DNA from: Octopus sinensis
Lineage: Eukaryota
Assembly: GCF_006345805.1 (NCBI RefSeq)
Contig: NC_042999.1
Span: 147,126,001 to 147,190,000 of the forward strand
Direction: 5' to 3'
DNA: 64,000 bases
Both the position numbers and the translations under genes were made by a program. The notes under the pieces were generated by a model. That model was not told the DNA's origin. It saw nothing but the letters and a program-made list of their open reading frames with translations, and did no database searches. Below are positions 27,770 to 41,391 of the stretch, piece after piece; position 1 is the first letter of the stretch, and every line of letters begins with the position of its first letter.

Positions 27770-28910
27770 TAATAATCAGAAAAGTACTGACCACCACTGG
27801 CAAATTCCACATTAACAGCGACACTGGTAGAATTTATGTGAGACAAAGTAATGGTGGTAGAGACATAAGGTCATTTCGAAAAGCATTTTATCACTTAGAC
27901 AATACCAGCCGAACAGTAAAAAAATTAATAAGTACATTCCATGCACACTCAAAAGTGAGAGCAAAATCTTCAAAGTTGGAGAAGCTCTACTGTGCCGTTA
28001 CTCTGAGAATACAACTGTCTCATGCAACCCACAGGAAGCTGGACTGTCTTACCTAAACAGAAACCTGGAGAAAAAGTAGACATCATGCCAATAAAAGGAA
28101 TGCATGCCTACATATTCCGCAAGTTAGAGGACAACAACAGCATTGATTGATAGAATAGCCTCTGCTGGACTTGTAATAGAGACATTCTGTTCTACCTACA
28201 AGAATATGTATTCGCTATCCAGGAACAAGTGATAGCTACTAAATACTTGATAAACAAGTGAGAGAGAGAGAGAGAGAGAGGAAGAAACCACGAAATCTCC
28301 ATGTTGTGATAAACAAAAATGTCAGCTCTGCTATACTAATGTGGAAGATATGAGCGACATCAGCAGCAGCTACTCTAAAATGTCTACGATATTATAGCTG
28401 CCCCGAGGCATGGTATAGTAGCAATGAATATTTGCAATGCTATCCGGATGAAGGATTACTCTGACTTATACATGAAAGGTTTGTCAGAACCGGCAGGTAA
28501 TTACTCTTTTCAAAACAAAGAATACTGGTGGAACACCCCAATAAAAACAGTAGAACCTACAGATCTAATATTGTTCTGTTGAACAGGGAACAAAAGTCAT
28601 GCATGTTTTAGATGTCAGCCGCCCAAAAGATGTGAATTTACAATCAAACGTCCAGAAAAAAAAGAACATTCATGGATACTTACTGCGGAACCTACGTCGC
28701 TTGTGATCTGTCTATCAATTCTTATTTTACCTATCATCTTAGATGCATTAGGTGATGTACCAAAATATTTGCACAAAAACCTAGAATTACTCGGTTTCAC
28801 GGAGAAAGAGCAAAAGAAATTAACGCGGATTTTACAAATCCAATCTATTAGTGGTACGGTGAAAATTTGTAAGACATTCAAAAAATCTCCATGTCAGTTT
28901 CTTATGTGAT
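27770..28910 (+). pseudogene. R4/Dong-like LINE: RT C-terminus to restriction-like endonuclease
   Basis: RKVLTTTGKFHINSDTGRIYVRQSNGGRDI, EYWWNTPIKT, VLDVS.PKDVN, IILDALGDVPK..QIQSISGTVKICKTF. Confidence 0.85.
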
Positions 28911-29828
28911 AGATGCAAACACAAGTGCTCAATCGACACACAAACTCAACTGCATATTTACAAAAACAGGAAAAGTTTTGTCGCATTTTTTGCTACCGGC
29001 TTAAAATCTCTCAAGAAGAACTTAAACAAAACTCAAAAGGAAGTCATACATACATAGATACATACACATACACAGATATAAGCACCTACATATATGCGTG
29101 TACATGTATGTATAATAGAAATTAGTTGGGTGAATAGATCAGAAGAGTGAATAGTTTCAGTAGCCGAAGCAATATTTGCAGTCGTAGAGAATTTGAGAAT
29201 GGGTTACATAAGTGGCACATTAGGATTAGAAATATGTTACATGTATTTATGTTTTGTGTGTGAGATTTGTTCTATACATGTAATGTAAATATATATGTGT
29301 GTGCGTGTGTGTATGAGGGTGTATATGTGAATGCGTGCGCGCGTGTGTGTGCGCGAGCGTGCATATATGTGTGTGTGTATGCTATTTATGTATGGTTTAT
29401 ATATGATGCATACGTGATAATTTGGATTGGTGGAGAGTAGTTTTATTGCCGGAAGTGTTGTAGAATATAGGAAATAGATTGCTGGAAGGGAAGGCAACCA
29501 TCTCTAAGATAGAAGGCATGCGTGTTCGAAAAGTCGGTGAGAAGGACCTGTAGTAGTTTCATACAGATAGGTATTGTTGAAACTGAAAATAGGTAAACAC
29601 AAATATAGGAAAACATCGATATATAGGCACACAGGCATGCAGTACGCGTTTGTGAGTAGGTGTACGAATTTATAGATAGAGTACAAGTTTTTATGCAGGC
29701 AGAAATGTATACATATTGTGCACCCACACACGGATTTCTCATGCACGAATGCAAACATTATAATATATGAATGCTGTGCTGAATATAAATCACATTATGT
29801 GATTATATATTATATATATGTGTATTCT

Positions 29829-29940
<112 letters not shown>

Positions 29941-30408
29941 CATATACATTGTAGAAGGTTGGAAAGTAACACATGAGTTGATATGTATATGGAAAATAAG
30001 AGAAGGTAGAAAATGCTAAAATAATTTTATCATGAAAATCATTTTAGTAACGGTTCGAGTTTTTGCGACTTTTTCAACTTGGAGTAAAGCACGAAAAAGA
30101 ATTAAATTGTGGAAAAATTAAATGAAATGTTTTTTTTTTAAATGTTTCCATAGCTTTCAAATGCAAGACACATTTTCTTTTTTTTTTCAGTCTGTCTCTG
30201 TCTCTCTTTTTTACTCTCATATATATACACACAGTCACACAACACACAACCACAAACACACATATATATATATATATTCAAGTTACGTAAGATATTTGAG
30301 GACATATTTATGTTTATATAAAAAACAGATATATAAAAATAGATAATAATTTTCTTTATCAAAAAATTGCTATGCGGATAAAAATAAACCATCTTTTCTA
30401 TCATGTTA

Positions 30409-31050
30409 TTCAATAAAGCCAACTTCAGCATTAACAACTGCTTCTAAATGAGATCTAAATCATCTACCTGTTCGAATCAAGTGGTCCTGGTTCATTTTGG
30501 ACATTACTCTGACTAGGGCAGCTTTCAAAGTATCTTTGGAGTTATAGGAGTGTTCATTGACCTCTCTCTTTCAACAACGGTCCACATGTTATAGTCCAAC
30601 GGATTGAGATCTGGGGAATTAGAAGGCCAAATGTTAGGGATTCTGTGATCATGAAAATTTTCAGCCATAAATTCCTGTGTTACTAGAGTCATGTGTGATA
30701 GTGCAGTCTTATTGAAACACATATGGCTTTCCATTGCATATACGGTTTTTCTAGGGCTTAACTTTTATTTCCAGGACCTCAATGTACGCAGCAGAGTTAA
30801 CTCTAAATCGTTGTAGAAAAATGTAAGGCGGCATCACATGTTCTTAATTGCTGACAAACCCTAAAACCATGACAGCTGCAGGAAACTTTTGTATGCATAA
30901 CACTTGGAACTTCAGAAGGGTCTGCACATAACTATCTGTCATTTCTTCTGTTAACTTTTTCTCAGTTGAGAAAAACCAAATGAAATCTGCTGGATTTTTC
31001 AGTTTGTAGTGATGTAGTGATTTTCTTTTGCTTTTTCTGACAAACTAACC
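30409..31050 (-). pseudogene. Tc1/mariner (DD37D/maT-like) transposase fragment
   Basis: WFFSTEK, KFPAAVMVLGFVS, IWPSNSPDLNPLDYNMW and FRSHLEAVVNAEVGFIE*. Confidence 0.88.
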
Positions 31051-31085
31051 TTTCTTCATCCTATAAGTCTTATATATACACATAT

Positions 31086-31161
<76 letters not shown>

Positions 31162-31180
31162 ATGTATATATATATATATC

Positions 31181-31212
<32 letters not shown>

Positions 31213-31384
31213 TGTATGCATGTATGTATATATATGCATATTTATATATACATATATATACATCAGTGGCGTGCGGTGACTTCCGGCGTTGGGCATGCAA
31301 TGAATTTCATTGAAATTCAATATAAAAGTTTTCAAATCAATTAATAACATCTTAGGGAAGGTAGATATACAGATAAAGATGTAG

Positions 31385-31890
31385 ATATGAACCTTAGGAA
31401 CATGAGGTTGTCTGGTTCAGATGCTAACTGACCAAAACTTTGCTTATAACTGACTGCTGTAAGAAAATTTCTTTAGTTATAAGGATTAGGGTAAGGGAAG
31501 GTAAAAAATTCAAGTTAGTTGTAGAAATAGGAGGAAATTCAGGATACATAAAGGAAGTTCAGGTTGTCACTAGAGCAAGAAGTCAATTTATCTATGTGGT
31601 GACAAGAATATTAAGTCAGTGTAGAGAGTTCATTAAATTCTGAGGAACATATGAGATTGTTGATCAGATACTAACTGACCAAAACCCTACTTGCAACTGA
31701 AAGCTATGAGAATTTTTTAGTTATAGGAATTTGGGTAAGGGAAGCTATTAGAATACCGTAAAATGGATTTAAGTTAGTTGCAGAAAAAGGAGGAATTCAG
31801 AATACATAAAGGGAATTCAGGTTATCACTAGAACAAAAAGTCAGTTTTTCTATGTGGTGAGAATAAAATCTAGGTCAATGTCGAGAGGTC
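31385..31890. repeat. Imperfect tandem duplication, unit about 255 bp
   Basis: Blocks CAGAT.CTAACTGACCAAAAC, GGTAAGGGAAG, AGTTAGTTG.AGAAA.AGGAGG, CAGGTT.TCACTAG and TCATTAAATTCT each occur twice in the same order. Confidence 0.85.
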
Positions 31891-32140
31891 ATTAAATTCT
31901 TTTACAAAGGGTAAGGGAAACAAACCTATCACTTAATTTATAGTAGGTATCGTATTTTATAACTGGGGGAATAGTGTTAAATTTTAAAATTAGATTAGAT
32001 TTAGGGAAAGATACAATTTCAAGGTTACAGTGAAGTTTTTCTAGTCGACTATGAAAGTAAATTAAAGGTTAGTATAGTATATTTCATGTTATTATTATAT
32101 TAAAAAGTTAAAGTTTGAAAATGTAGGAATACTCAAATTT

Positions 32141-32806
32141 TTATTTAAGATATTTAAACGTTCTAGCTGTGGAATGTATGCAAGATAATCCTAACTCTAG
32201 ACGATTATTCAATAGATTTTTGTTACTTCGATACTTTAAAATTTCATAGGTTTCCATAGAACAAAGTTGACAACCTACTCTACTATTTCTATAAGGTTTT
32301 GCCCTTCTAACTATATCCCATTTTAGGTTGTATCCTATATTATTTGTTTTAAGTTCCAAAATTTTGCTAGATAGTGTAGGGCAACTCGCCTTGTGTTTTA
32401 GTCGAAAAGAGGAGAAATGGTTGTTAAGACGTCTTTTAAAATCCACAGAACATCCGAGATAAAAAAAGCTACCGTTAGAAGTTATTATAGTGCATTTATA
32501 TACTACGTTTTGGACCGAACAACGACCAGATACCGGACAATTTGATCTAATCCTACAATTACACCTGGGGGGATAGTATTCAGTTTTGGAATTATTTAAG
32601 GATAGTTACCTCACATTACTGTTATTTAAAATATTATTATCATTATTATTATTAGTATTATTTTCATTTTTAGTGGTCATATTGATATCCAAATTAGGTT
32701 ACCATTTATTAATCCATTTTCACCATCATTCCCATCTACCATACTTATACCTATACTACCTATATTATTGGTATTGTTATTATCATTATTTATATTTATA
32801 TCGATG

Positions 32807-32854
<48 letters not shown>

Positions 32855-33045
32855 TATTATTATTATTATTATTATTGTTATTTTTATTGTTATTTCTATT
32901 GTTGATGCTATTATTACAATTATTATTACTATCCTTGTTGCTACTATTCATTCTACTCCTGGCTAACTTAATGTTTTTACTATTAAGTTTAGCTACTATG
33001 GTAGACATGTTTGGGAGGATTGAATATGAGATCAGTAAGGATTTC
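32141..33045 (-). mobile_element. Penelope-like element 3' part (Naiad/Neptune-type linker zinc finger plus GIY-YIG endonuclease)
   Basis: Open frame 32605-32141: PRCNCRIRSNCPVSGRCSVQNVVYKC..FYLGCSVDFKRRLNNH..CQLCSMETYEIL..SCIH. An upstream piece reads ISYSILPNMSTIVAKLNSK. Confidence 0.9.
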
Positions 33046-33070
33046 ATATATATATATATATATATATATA

Positions 33071-33265
33071 CCAATTAAGGACTGAACACGAAAAGTGGAC
33101 AGTCAACATGCTAGATATAGACGTCAAATCGCCATTCTCCACAAAAAATCTATGTTCTCAGATCAAACTCAGATCTGAGAACATAGATTTTTTGTGGAGA
33201 ATGGCGATTTGACGTCTATATCTAGCATGTTGACTGTCCACTTTTCGTGTTCAGTCCTTAATTGG
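33071..33265. repeat. Perfect inverted repeat: 94-bp arms, 7-bp spacer
   Basis: 33071-33164 is the reverse complement of 33172-33265; spacer AAACTCA; flanked by TA repeats. Confidence 0.95.
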
Positions 33266-33374
33266 TATATATAAATATTTTAATCTTCGGATTCTTTCTT
33301 TAATATGCTAGACCACTGGTTCTAATTGATAAATATCAATTTTTACCCTAAATTTAATTTTATATAAAAATTAA

Positions 33375-33405
<31 letters not shown>

Positions 33406-33589
33406 CACATATATATACATATATATATACATATATATATACACATACATATACACACATAGTGGGTCATAGTGCTAGTGCATGTATATATGTGTATATA
33501 TATGTGTACATATTACATGTACTTCTATATATATACATCTACACATAAAATACAAAATACAAAGTTATATCTTGATATCGCTAGTGATA

Positions 33590-34110
33590 ACAATACTTAA
33601 AATATATAACAGACTGGAATTGTAGGCTCGTCTCTTGCAATCTCCATCAATTGTATCTTGTCCTCCCTCTTGTATAGAAGTGTGTCTACAATCCAGCCTA
33701 CCTCTACTTCAGTGGGTATATCTTTAATTTTTATCCGGGTAAACCTACGTCCCAGATATAAAGGTAAAAATAAAATATTTCCACTTTGACTCAAACCTTG
33801 CTTCTATTGTGGCGAATTTACCGCCTGTGATTAGATATCTTTGATAGTCGCACCAAGACACTTTTCGATCGTGCTTTCCTCCAGGTGTTCAAGTCTTTTT
33901 CTTTCTCTATATTGTATACTTTATAGACAATAGTATTTTCTTTAATTTAATATTTTATTTCATTTGGTGGTGTTATCCTAGATTCACCGTCTTTGTCGGT
34001 GATCAATCTGTATTTCTTCCATTTTAATTTCAATGAGTTCGCGCCCGCCGACGGCTGCAGCGAAATTCATTTTTGGACTTTCTTCTATCGAAGTCATTCT
34101 AACAAAAATG
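33590..34110 (-). pseudogene. Possible L1/Tx1-like ORF1 N-terminal fragment
   Basis: MTSIEESPKMNFAAAVGG, GKFATIEARFES and LGRRFTRIKIKDIPTEV in shifting frames. The resemblance is qualitative only. Confidence 0.35.
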
Positions 34111-34689
34111 CTTCCGTGTAAACCGTGAAAATATCGTCAATTTCCCCAAACGGATACAATTCAAGGGGGAGGGTTAGAGTTTACAATTATTTAACAAATG
34201 CAACACAACAATGTTTTATTTATGAGGAACCAACAAACGTGATAACAATAGTTAAACAGTAATAATAATAACAACAAACCTTACGATGAGCCAGAAAGCA
34301 GTAATCAGTTGAAGCTTTAGTCCTTTATGTATAAGAAATAAACCAACAGCAGTATTCTATAGGAGCAGCTGTACGAGAAAACAGATATTACATACAGCCA
34401 AACTTCATATAGATACTTAATGCTAGCTAATTAGCAGATAATCTAATGTAAAAGCACAGCTCTATCTGGACTATTCCAATTTTGCACGCTAATTTTATTT
34501 TTAATTTATTCCCATTCATGTGAAACCACTTATTCAAGTTCAAGTCATTGATGCAATTTTATACCAATTGCTATTTTTACTTTTGTTATGTTACGATTAT
34601 ATTATACTTTAGTTTGATTTTAATTATTACTTACTACATATAATTCAATTGTTATTATTATTTTTATTGTTAAAGTGAAAGCATCTGAC

Positions 34690-34927
34690 ATAAAATAGAG
34701 AAATGTTTTTGTTTCACTTTTAACACGTAATACTGAAATAGTGGAGAAGATATGATAATGCTATGGACTCGCTCTGGGCAAGAAGTTGAACATTTTATTT
34801 TTCCCATGAAACTACATGGACCCTAAGTAAGGCATGTGTAAAATTTGAATGAAATTGGTTGCGTAGTTCTCAAGTTTTAGGGAAACACACAGACAGACAC
34901 ACATTCTCAGTTTTATATATATAGAGA
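34690..34927 (-). mobile_element. 5' end of a second Lep1-like Helitron
   Basis: ..ACACACAGACAGACACAC..TTTTATATATATAGAGA|T has the same terminal architecture as 14240-14285. The 3' end was not found. Confidence 0.6.
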
Positions 34928-36129
34928 TATCTATGTTTGTAAAAGTTTGCAAATGTTTCCTAGAAGTTTATCACTTCTCGGAACTATATGCACAAGAATA
35001 CATACATAAAAGAAAAGACACAAATCTGCACGTGCACTGTCTCCATATACATGACATATACACACATAGATTCAGAAATACCCTGATGATGTTGAATTCC
35101 AATGAAGGAGCCTTGGATCTAGGTTAGAAACTGGTGCTATCTCTATTCGCATAAAATCTGGAACTAAATCTGTATAAGGACATACATTCATATATACATA
35201 CGTTAATACAAGTATATCTGCATGCATACAAACTGCATGTACCATATTACCACATAAAATACAATGTTTCTAAAGATAGATAAGTTTGTAGTATAGTATA
35301 CATCCATATATCGGCATACACACACGCATGTCCGCGTGCACACACATGAAGTCTCTTATTCCAATTTACAGTGGCGTGTTCATAATAATTACGTACAATC
35401 CTGTGTGGGCAGGGTTTGAAGAAAGACAGTATTTCAACTGTATCACTATGCCACCGAATCTACACACTTTCACACACGCACAAGCACACAAACACACACA
35501 CATACACACACACAAAGAAACAAACAAACACACACGCATACATTGATGCTAATCAATTCAAATACATACATATGCACATGTACACATGCATACGCACCAA
35601 CCAAACAGAAACGTCAATAAAACAATAAGCCAAGCGTCATTCTGAAAGTTGTGGAACAAAAAAGAGGAAAAAGCTCAGCCTTCATAACAGGAATAACAAC
35701 AACAACAACAACAAACAACAATTGTTACTGTAGTTGTATATATTATTGTTGCTGTTGTTGCTTCTGTTGCCCATGTTACTTTCCTTGTTATTATAAATAT
35801 CACTATAATTATCAATTTATTTTCAATTATTCCGCAGTAATATAACATTCAGTGCTCTGTACTAACGCTACTATACATTTGCAGAGTAATCAATTGCATA
35901 ATACACTGCCATATACTACAACACTGCTCAGTGGCACAAGCGAGTAAATACGACGACACTATCTGTCGTTTCGAGTTCTAATTCTCGTCTGTTCTACGAA
36001 ACATGTATAAGTCTGGAAGCTGAGGGCCAAAACACCTGCCTGATGGGGCTTTCTCCTCTCAATAACTTTTACGTTCAAACGCTACGGTGTCCACTTCCTC
36101 TTGCGATATCTACATACACTCACATACGT

Positions 36130-36480
36130 ATGGAGGAAGAGCTCAGGACTGAAGTCTGAAACCGAAGGTTTGTTTTATCATAGCAGCACAAGATCAAAGC
36201 TTGGCAACCAGGGCTTACCACAACAAAATAATGAACGATGGCACTGACGAGAAATGCAGAATGTGTCATGAGCAGGATGAAACAGTTTACCACATCTTCC
36301 AAGATGGCGTTGGGCTCAATCCCACTGAAACTTCAAAACTTAAGGCAACTGGAAATCCTGTGCAAGATTGATGTCTTGCAAAAAACAGCCTTATTGGGCA
36401 CAGTGCATATCTTAAGGAAAATATAATCTGTCTGAAGTCCTTGTTACTTAACAGATGACTAATGACTCCGGCGCATTTTT
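36130..36480 (+). pseudogene. R4/Dong-like LINE 3' fragment with internal deletion
   Basis: FIIAAQDQSLATRAY..CRMCHEQDETVYHI (zinc knuckle) joined to LQKTALLGTVHILRKI (C-terminus). Confidence 0.88.
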
Positions 36481-36599
36481 ACCAACACAGTGTTACGAGG
36501 GAATGATGATGATGATTTTATTTATTTGCCACAAGGGGGAAGAAGGGGACAGATGATGACGAACTCACTAGAGAATATTTTGCTCTCCTTCATGACAGA

Positions 36600-37230
36600 A
36601 TGAAACTTGCGTCTCTCGTAGTTTTCATTTAGCTTTACCATCTAGTCGTTGGATATTTCAAGATATTTGCCCAGTCCAATTGTGGTTGTTTTACAAAAGA
36701 TTTCAATTGAATCAAGCCTCGACCTCTTTAGGGTCTGGAAAGGAAAATATGATCTGCTCCTGCTTCTGGGTGGGGCTTCTTATTGCAAGTCAACAGCTTA
36801 CAGATTTACCAGTTCATCTACCTCGTTTCGTTGATTTTCCAGTTCAACATATTGAAACTATAAATAACAATCGGAACTTCTAAAGAATTTATGACTAACA
36901 CCTTGTAACGTGCATTTAACTCAGTTTTTAGGAGTGCTTTAACTCTCCTGTAACATTCCTTCCTGATCTTCTCTGTCAAGTTTGCATGCTGAATGCCAGA
37001 GATATTTGTAAGTTTACAAATCTATTCATTCCTATGTATTTATAAGTTTGTTCCGGCTCAAGCTGTTTTATAAATGTGTCAACATCTAACTCCACTGAAT
37101 ATGAGGTTTTAAATTCCCTTCTTTGGAAAGTGGACTCTGCACATTTATCAAGAGCAAATTCCATTCCCAAGTCATCATGCTTTCACTGTACGTAATAAAC
37201 CTTCAAGGTCGTTATCGTCTTGAGACTTCC
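36600..37230 (-). pseudogene. R4/Dong-like LINE RT fragment
   Basis: GMEFALDKCA..KQLEPEQTYKYIG, ECYRRVKALLKTELNA and RGRGLIQL. Confidence 0.85.
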
Positions 37231-37254
37231 AAGCTCTTTATCGTCTTTATAATT

Positions 37255-37305
37255 GTATTAATAATAATGAAGATAACGTCAACAGCAATAATAATAATAA
37301 TAATG

Positions 37306-37379
<74 letters not shown>

Positions 37380-37390
37380 AAGAAGAAGAA

Positions 37391-37421
<31 letters not shown>

Positions 37422-37490
37422 AAGAAGAAGATGAACAACAACAACAACAACAACAGAAGCAACAAAAACAACATCAATAACAACAACATG
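37255..37490. repeat. Compound (AAT)n-(AAG)n-(AAC)n microsatellite
   Basis: Read directly. Confidence 0.95.
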
Positions 37491-39934
37491 TCAATGTGGA
37501 ATACGAATCTCCAGTTATACCAATCTAATGGAGTACTGACCACAAAAAATATAGTGCCTAGAGTAGAAAAGATTATATTTTCACAGAAGAATAAAAAGGT
37601 AAACGTTAGATGCGGATCGATTTGAAGTCAGAAAGTTAGGTTGTTCGTAAAGCTATAAAGATTCTCTGAATGTCCTTCACACACGTACGAATAGAATGAA
37701 TAAAACTACTAGAAAGCCAGTTCACTAAACGCTCGATGCCGGAACAAATAATGGTATACACAAAAGAGTCACAGACACAAATAAGCTAAAGACGATTGCA
37801 AAATTATAGAAATAAAATAAAACAATAGAATTTTTTAAAAAATCAGCGTGATTAGAAACTATTAGACATGGCTACAGTATATTCTGCACAAGTTGAAAGA
37901 AAAAGAAAGCTATACTAGAGTCAAATAAGAATTCGTCTGCAGTCCAGATTTTTAAGAGGACTAGATTCACCAGCTGACCATTAAATAATCTTTTCGTTTG
38001 TCTCAGTGTCTGCGCTTATATTTGTGTTTAAACTAAACGCTAAAGATAGATATATTCGTTGTGTCTGAATCGAAAATTAGTTTTTAGAGCTAAATGTTCT
38101 ACGTTCTACCCCATGTTGCTCCAAAGAGGAAAAGGAAATGTGCACGGATGGATACATATTTCCAAATATGCATGTTTCTGTATATAAAAGGGACATAGTT
38201 TCTTGTTTTTACTCTACGGGTTTTCTCCATTTAGCCAAATTTCTTTCGGAACACGTTTGCATCCGACAAGGAGATGATGCAAACAAAAGTTCTTGAATTT
38301 TGTTCCATACAGCATTTGCCCTGTTGAGCCTCCGCCGGGGTACTATTTTTACTGGAATATTCCATCAATATTCTTTATTTTTAATGATGCGAAGGCATTC
38401 TACTTCCGGTCTGCCTTTGCTATGACCGTCTAGATAAAAGTTCCGGTGCATAGCATTGCAGGAGATTTTAACAACAACGTCGTGTCTCGGGAGTTAGTAG
38501 CAGATGTTCAAAAATACTTTGCACCTATTTTTGTAATCTGCTGATGTCATGAGGGATAGTTTCGACATTGTTTTCCATGATTAACTTTTTCTGTCACAAC
38601 GTGGTTGTGCTGTTTGTTTATGTTTCAGATCATCCTTCAAAACTGAGTCTAGATCATCTTTTGGTGGAGCTTTTAAGACCTCATGGTATAGCCTTTCCTA
38701 TGATGATTGTAGGCTTAGTGCAAACATACAATTGATGACCTTACATAGAGGAAATCTTTTATGTCATCAAAAGACTTCTCTTACTTCTATCATTTAGGGT
38801 TTAAGGGTAATTAGCTTACCTCCTGGTATATGTATGTTACTTATGGACAGTTTCGGTAGTTCTTGCGTAATATATTATAAAATAGCTACTGTTGGTCTGT
38901 CAATTTATCAATCAAATTGCAAGTAATTATGGTGTCTAATTGTTCAATACTATATTCTGAGTCTGCCGTTATTTTCCCAGAGAGAGGTGATTCATTTTAG
39001 ATGATATTTTATCTCGTTCCGATCAATTTCGTAATTATTATATGTTGGCGAATGGTACTTACAGCACATTAATCAATCTCCAGAAGTAGACCTCGGTGTA
39101 GCTTCTTTCATGCCGATGTTATCACGTCCAGTCATGTTTTCCCACGGTCTTGTCAGGAGAATTCATTGCATTTTTTAATTCATATTTTAACGTACGATGT
39201 TTGATGTTCGATAGGTCTAACAGTAATTACCTCTTCATTACAAAACCGGTTTTTTATTATAACCGTTTAGCACTTAAGAGCTAACAATTTGTGTATTTTA
39301 GATCCCAGTCAAAATTTCACTCTTTCCATTAAAGCCTCATTCATGCCATTTTATAAGATTGAATGAAACCTTGGTTCATTTCAAAGCTCCACTCAAATTT
39401 CTCTCGATGGTTCAGAGCCCAGTCTTCTATCCAACCATGGACTATGAGGTAGTAATTATTATTTCTGTGTTTCAGTGCATTGTTACTATTTCATTACTGT
39501 TATGATGTTCTTTAAAAATATCGTTATTTTTACATTTATCCAAAGATGACCAATATTTAGAAGGCTTGTAATTATGGCAGAATTCTAGGGATTAGTATTC
39601 AGTTTAATGGGAATGAATTGAGGCCTTATGCCAACATGATTGCATTCGCCGCCATATTGCATGTATGTATGTTCTCTCCTCTTATCAATAAGTTCAAATC
39701 TTGTAAGGAAGAAGATACAAAGTTCCACCTTCGGAATGTCAATAACCACAGCGAATGCATATTTTGAACTTGTGAAACATCTTGCATATTTTTACAGTTA
39801 CGCTTAGAGATTGTATATATAATCTGCGTATTACCTGATTGATTTATGTTTCTGAAAACCCCCAGCTTTTCCAAATTGTCTCTTTAGAGCAGCTATGTAC
39901 AAATGTATGTATGTATGCATGCATGTATTTTGTG

Positions 39935-40003
<69 letters not shown>

Positions 40004-40014
40004 TTATCTATCTA

Positions 40015-40098
<84 letters not shown>

Positions 40099-41112
40099 CA
40101 TACTGGCTTCTAAAAATGAATATTAATGCAAGAATATATCTGATCTTCGAAATATAGCAACCGGGAATCCCATAAGCGATGCGAAATCAGCATCTTGCAG
40201 AATTTATATCTTCCTTACTGATGCTAGGCTTTATTGTGTTGAATATAGAGAAACACAAATAACAATCAATAGAGAAAAACAATTTGTTTTAGATCCCCCT
40301 GTTATATTAAACAAATATCAAAGGATGGAATATCTGTGATATCTTCTCGGGAAATTGTATATCGTTAATGAGTTCAGGTCCCAAAAAGATTATAACTGTC
40401 ATGGTATCAAATATTTCATACGATTCAATATCATTTAAAATTCTGACAACCAAAAGACAAAATGTTACAGAAAAATAAATGTATATACGCCATCCTAACA
40501 TAAATCTACACTACCAAATATACACATGCACACAAGCCATAGATACGAATATATTTATATACGCATATAATAATAGATGTGTGTGTGTGTGTGTGTATAC
40601 ATATATGCCTTTGTCTATGTGTGTTAGTATGCGTTTTCGTGTGAGTGTGTGCTTGTACGTGTATGTTTGCGCGTGTATGTGTGTGTATAATTGAAGTTTC
40701 TGATTTATGTGTTATGTTTGTTTTTTCTTATTATTCGCAAATAGAAAATAGCCGCTCATCAGTCTGAATGACAGCTTATGTATTCTTACATCGTATTGAA
40801 AGCAACTTATCTAACATCATTTGAAAATACTGATCATCATTTACGGACATTGGAATCTAGTTTCAAATACGAGATCAAACGTTCGGTTATCATTGTTATT
40901 GATGATGGACGATAAGTTACATTGATTATCGATATTCGTCAATATCAGCTTCTTAACGAAGGTAGTTATTGAAAAAAAAAACTACGTGTCTGTTTGTGGG
41001 AGGACGGGGGCGTATTAACTAATCTTCAATAAAAGACGTGTTTATTTTAACGGCAATAAGACTGTTACTTTTCTGTCCATATATTTGTATGTATATGTAT
41101 GTATATATGCAA

Positions 41113-41148
<36 letters not shown>

Positions 41149-41277
41149 ATGTGTGTGTGTGTGCGTACTTGTGTGTGTGTGTATAAATATATATATAAAT
41201 ACATATATGTATACATATACATACATATATATACATATACATACACATATATAAATGCATACACGTATATAAATACA

Positions 41278-41308
<31 letters not shown>

Positions 41309-41347
41309 ATGTATGTATGCATACGTGTATTGATATATGTAAATATG

Positions 41348-41391
<44 letters not shown>

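Noticed and set aside
36130-37230. Opposed R4 fragments as a twin-priming inversion
   Set aside because: The inverted piece lies 3' of the element end, which is the wrong geometry; two separate insertions is simpler.
38600-38690. TTTCAG acceptor followed by open frames
   Set aside because: Weak donor and no homology I can recognise.
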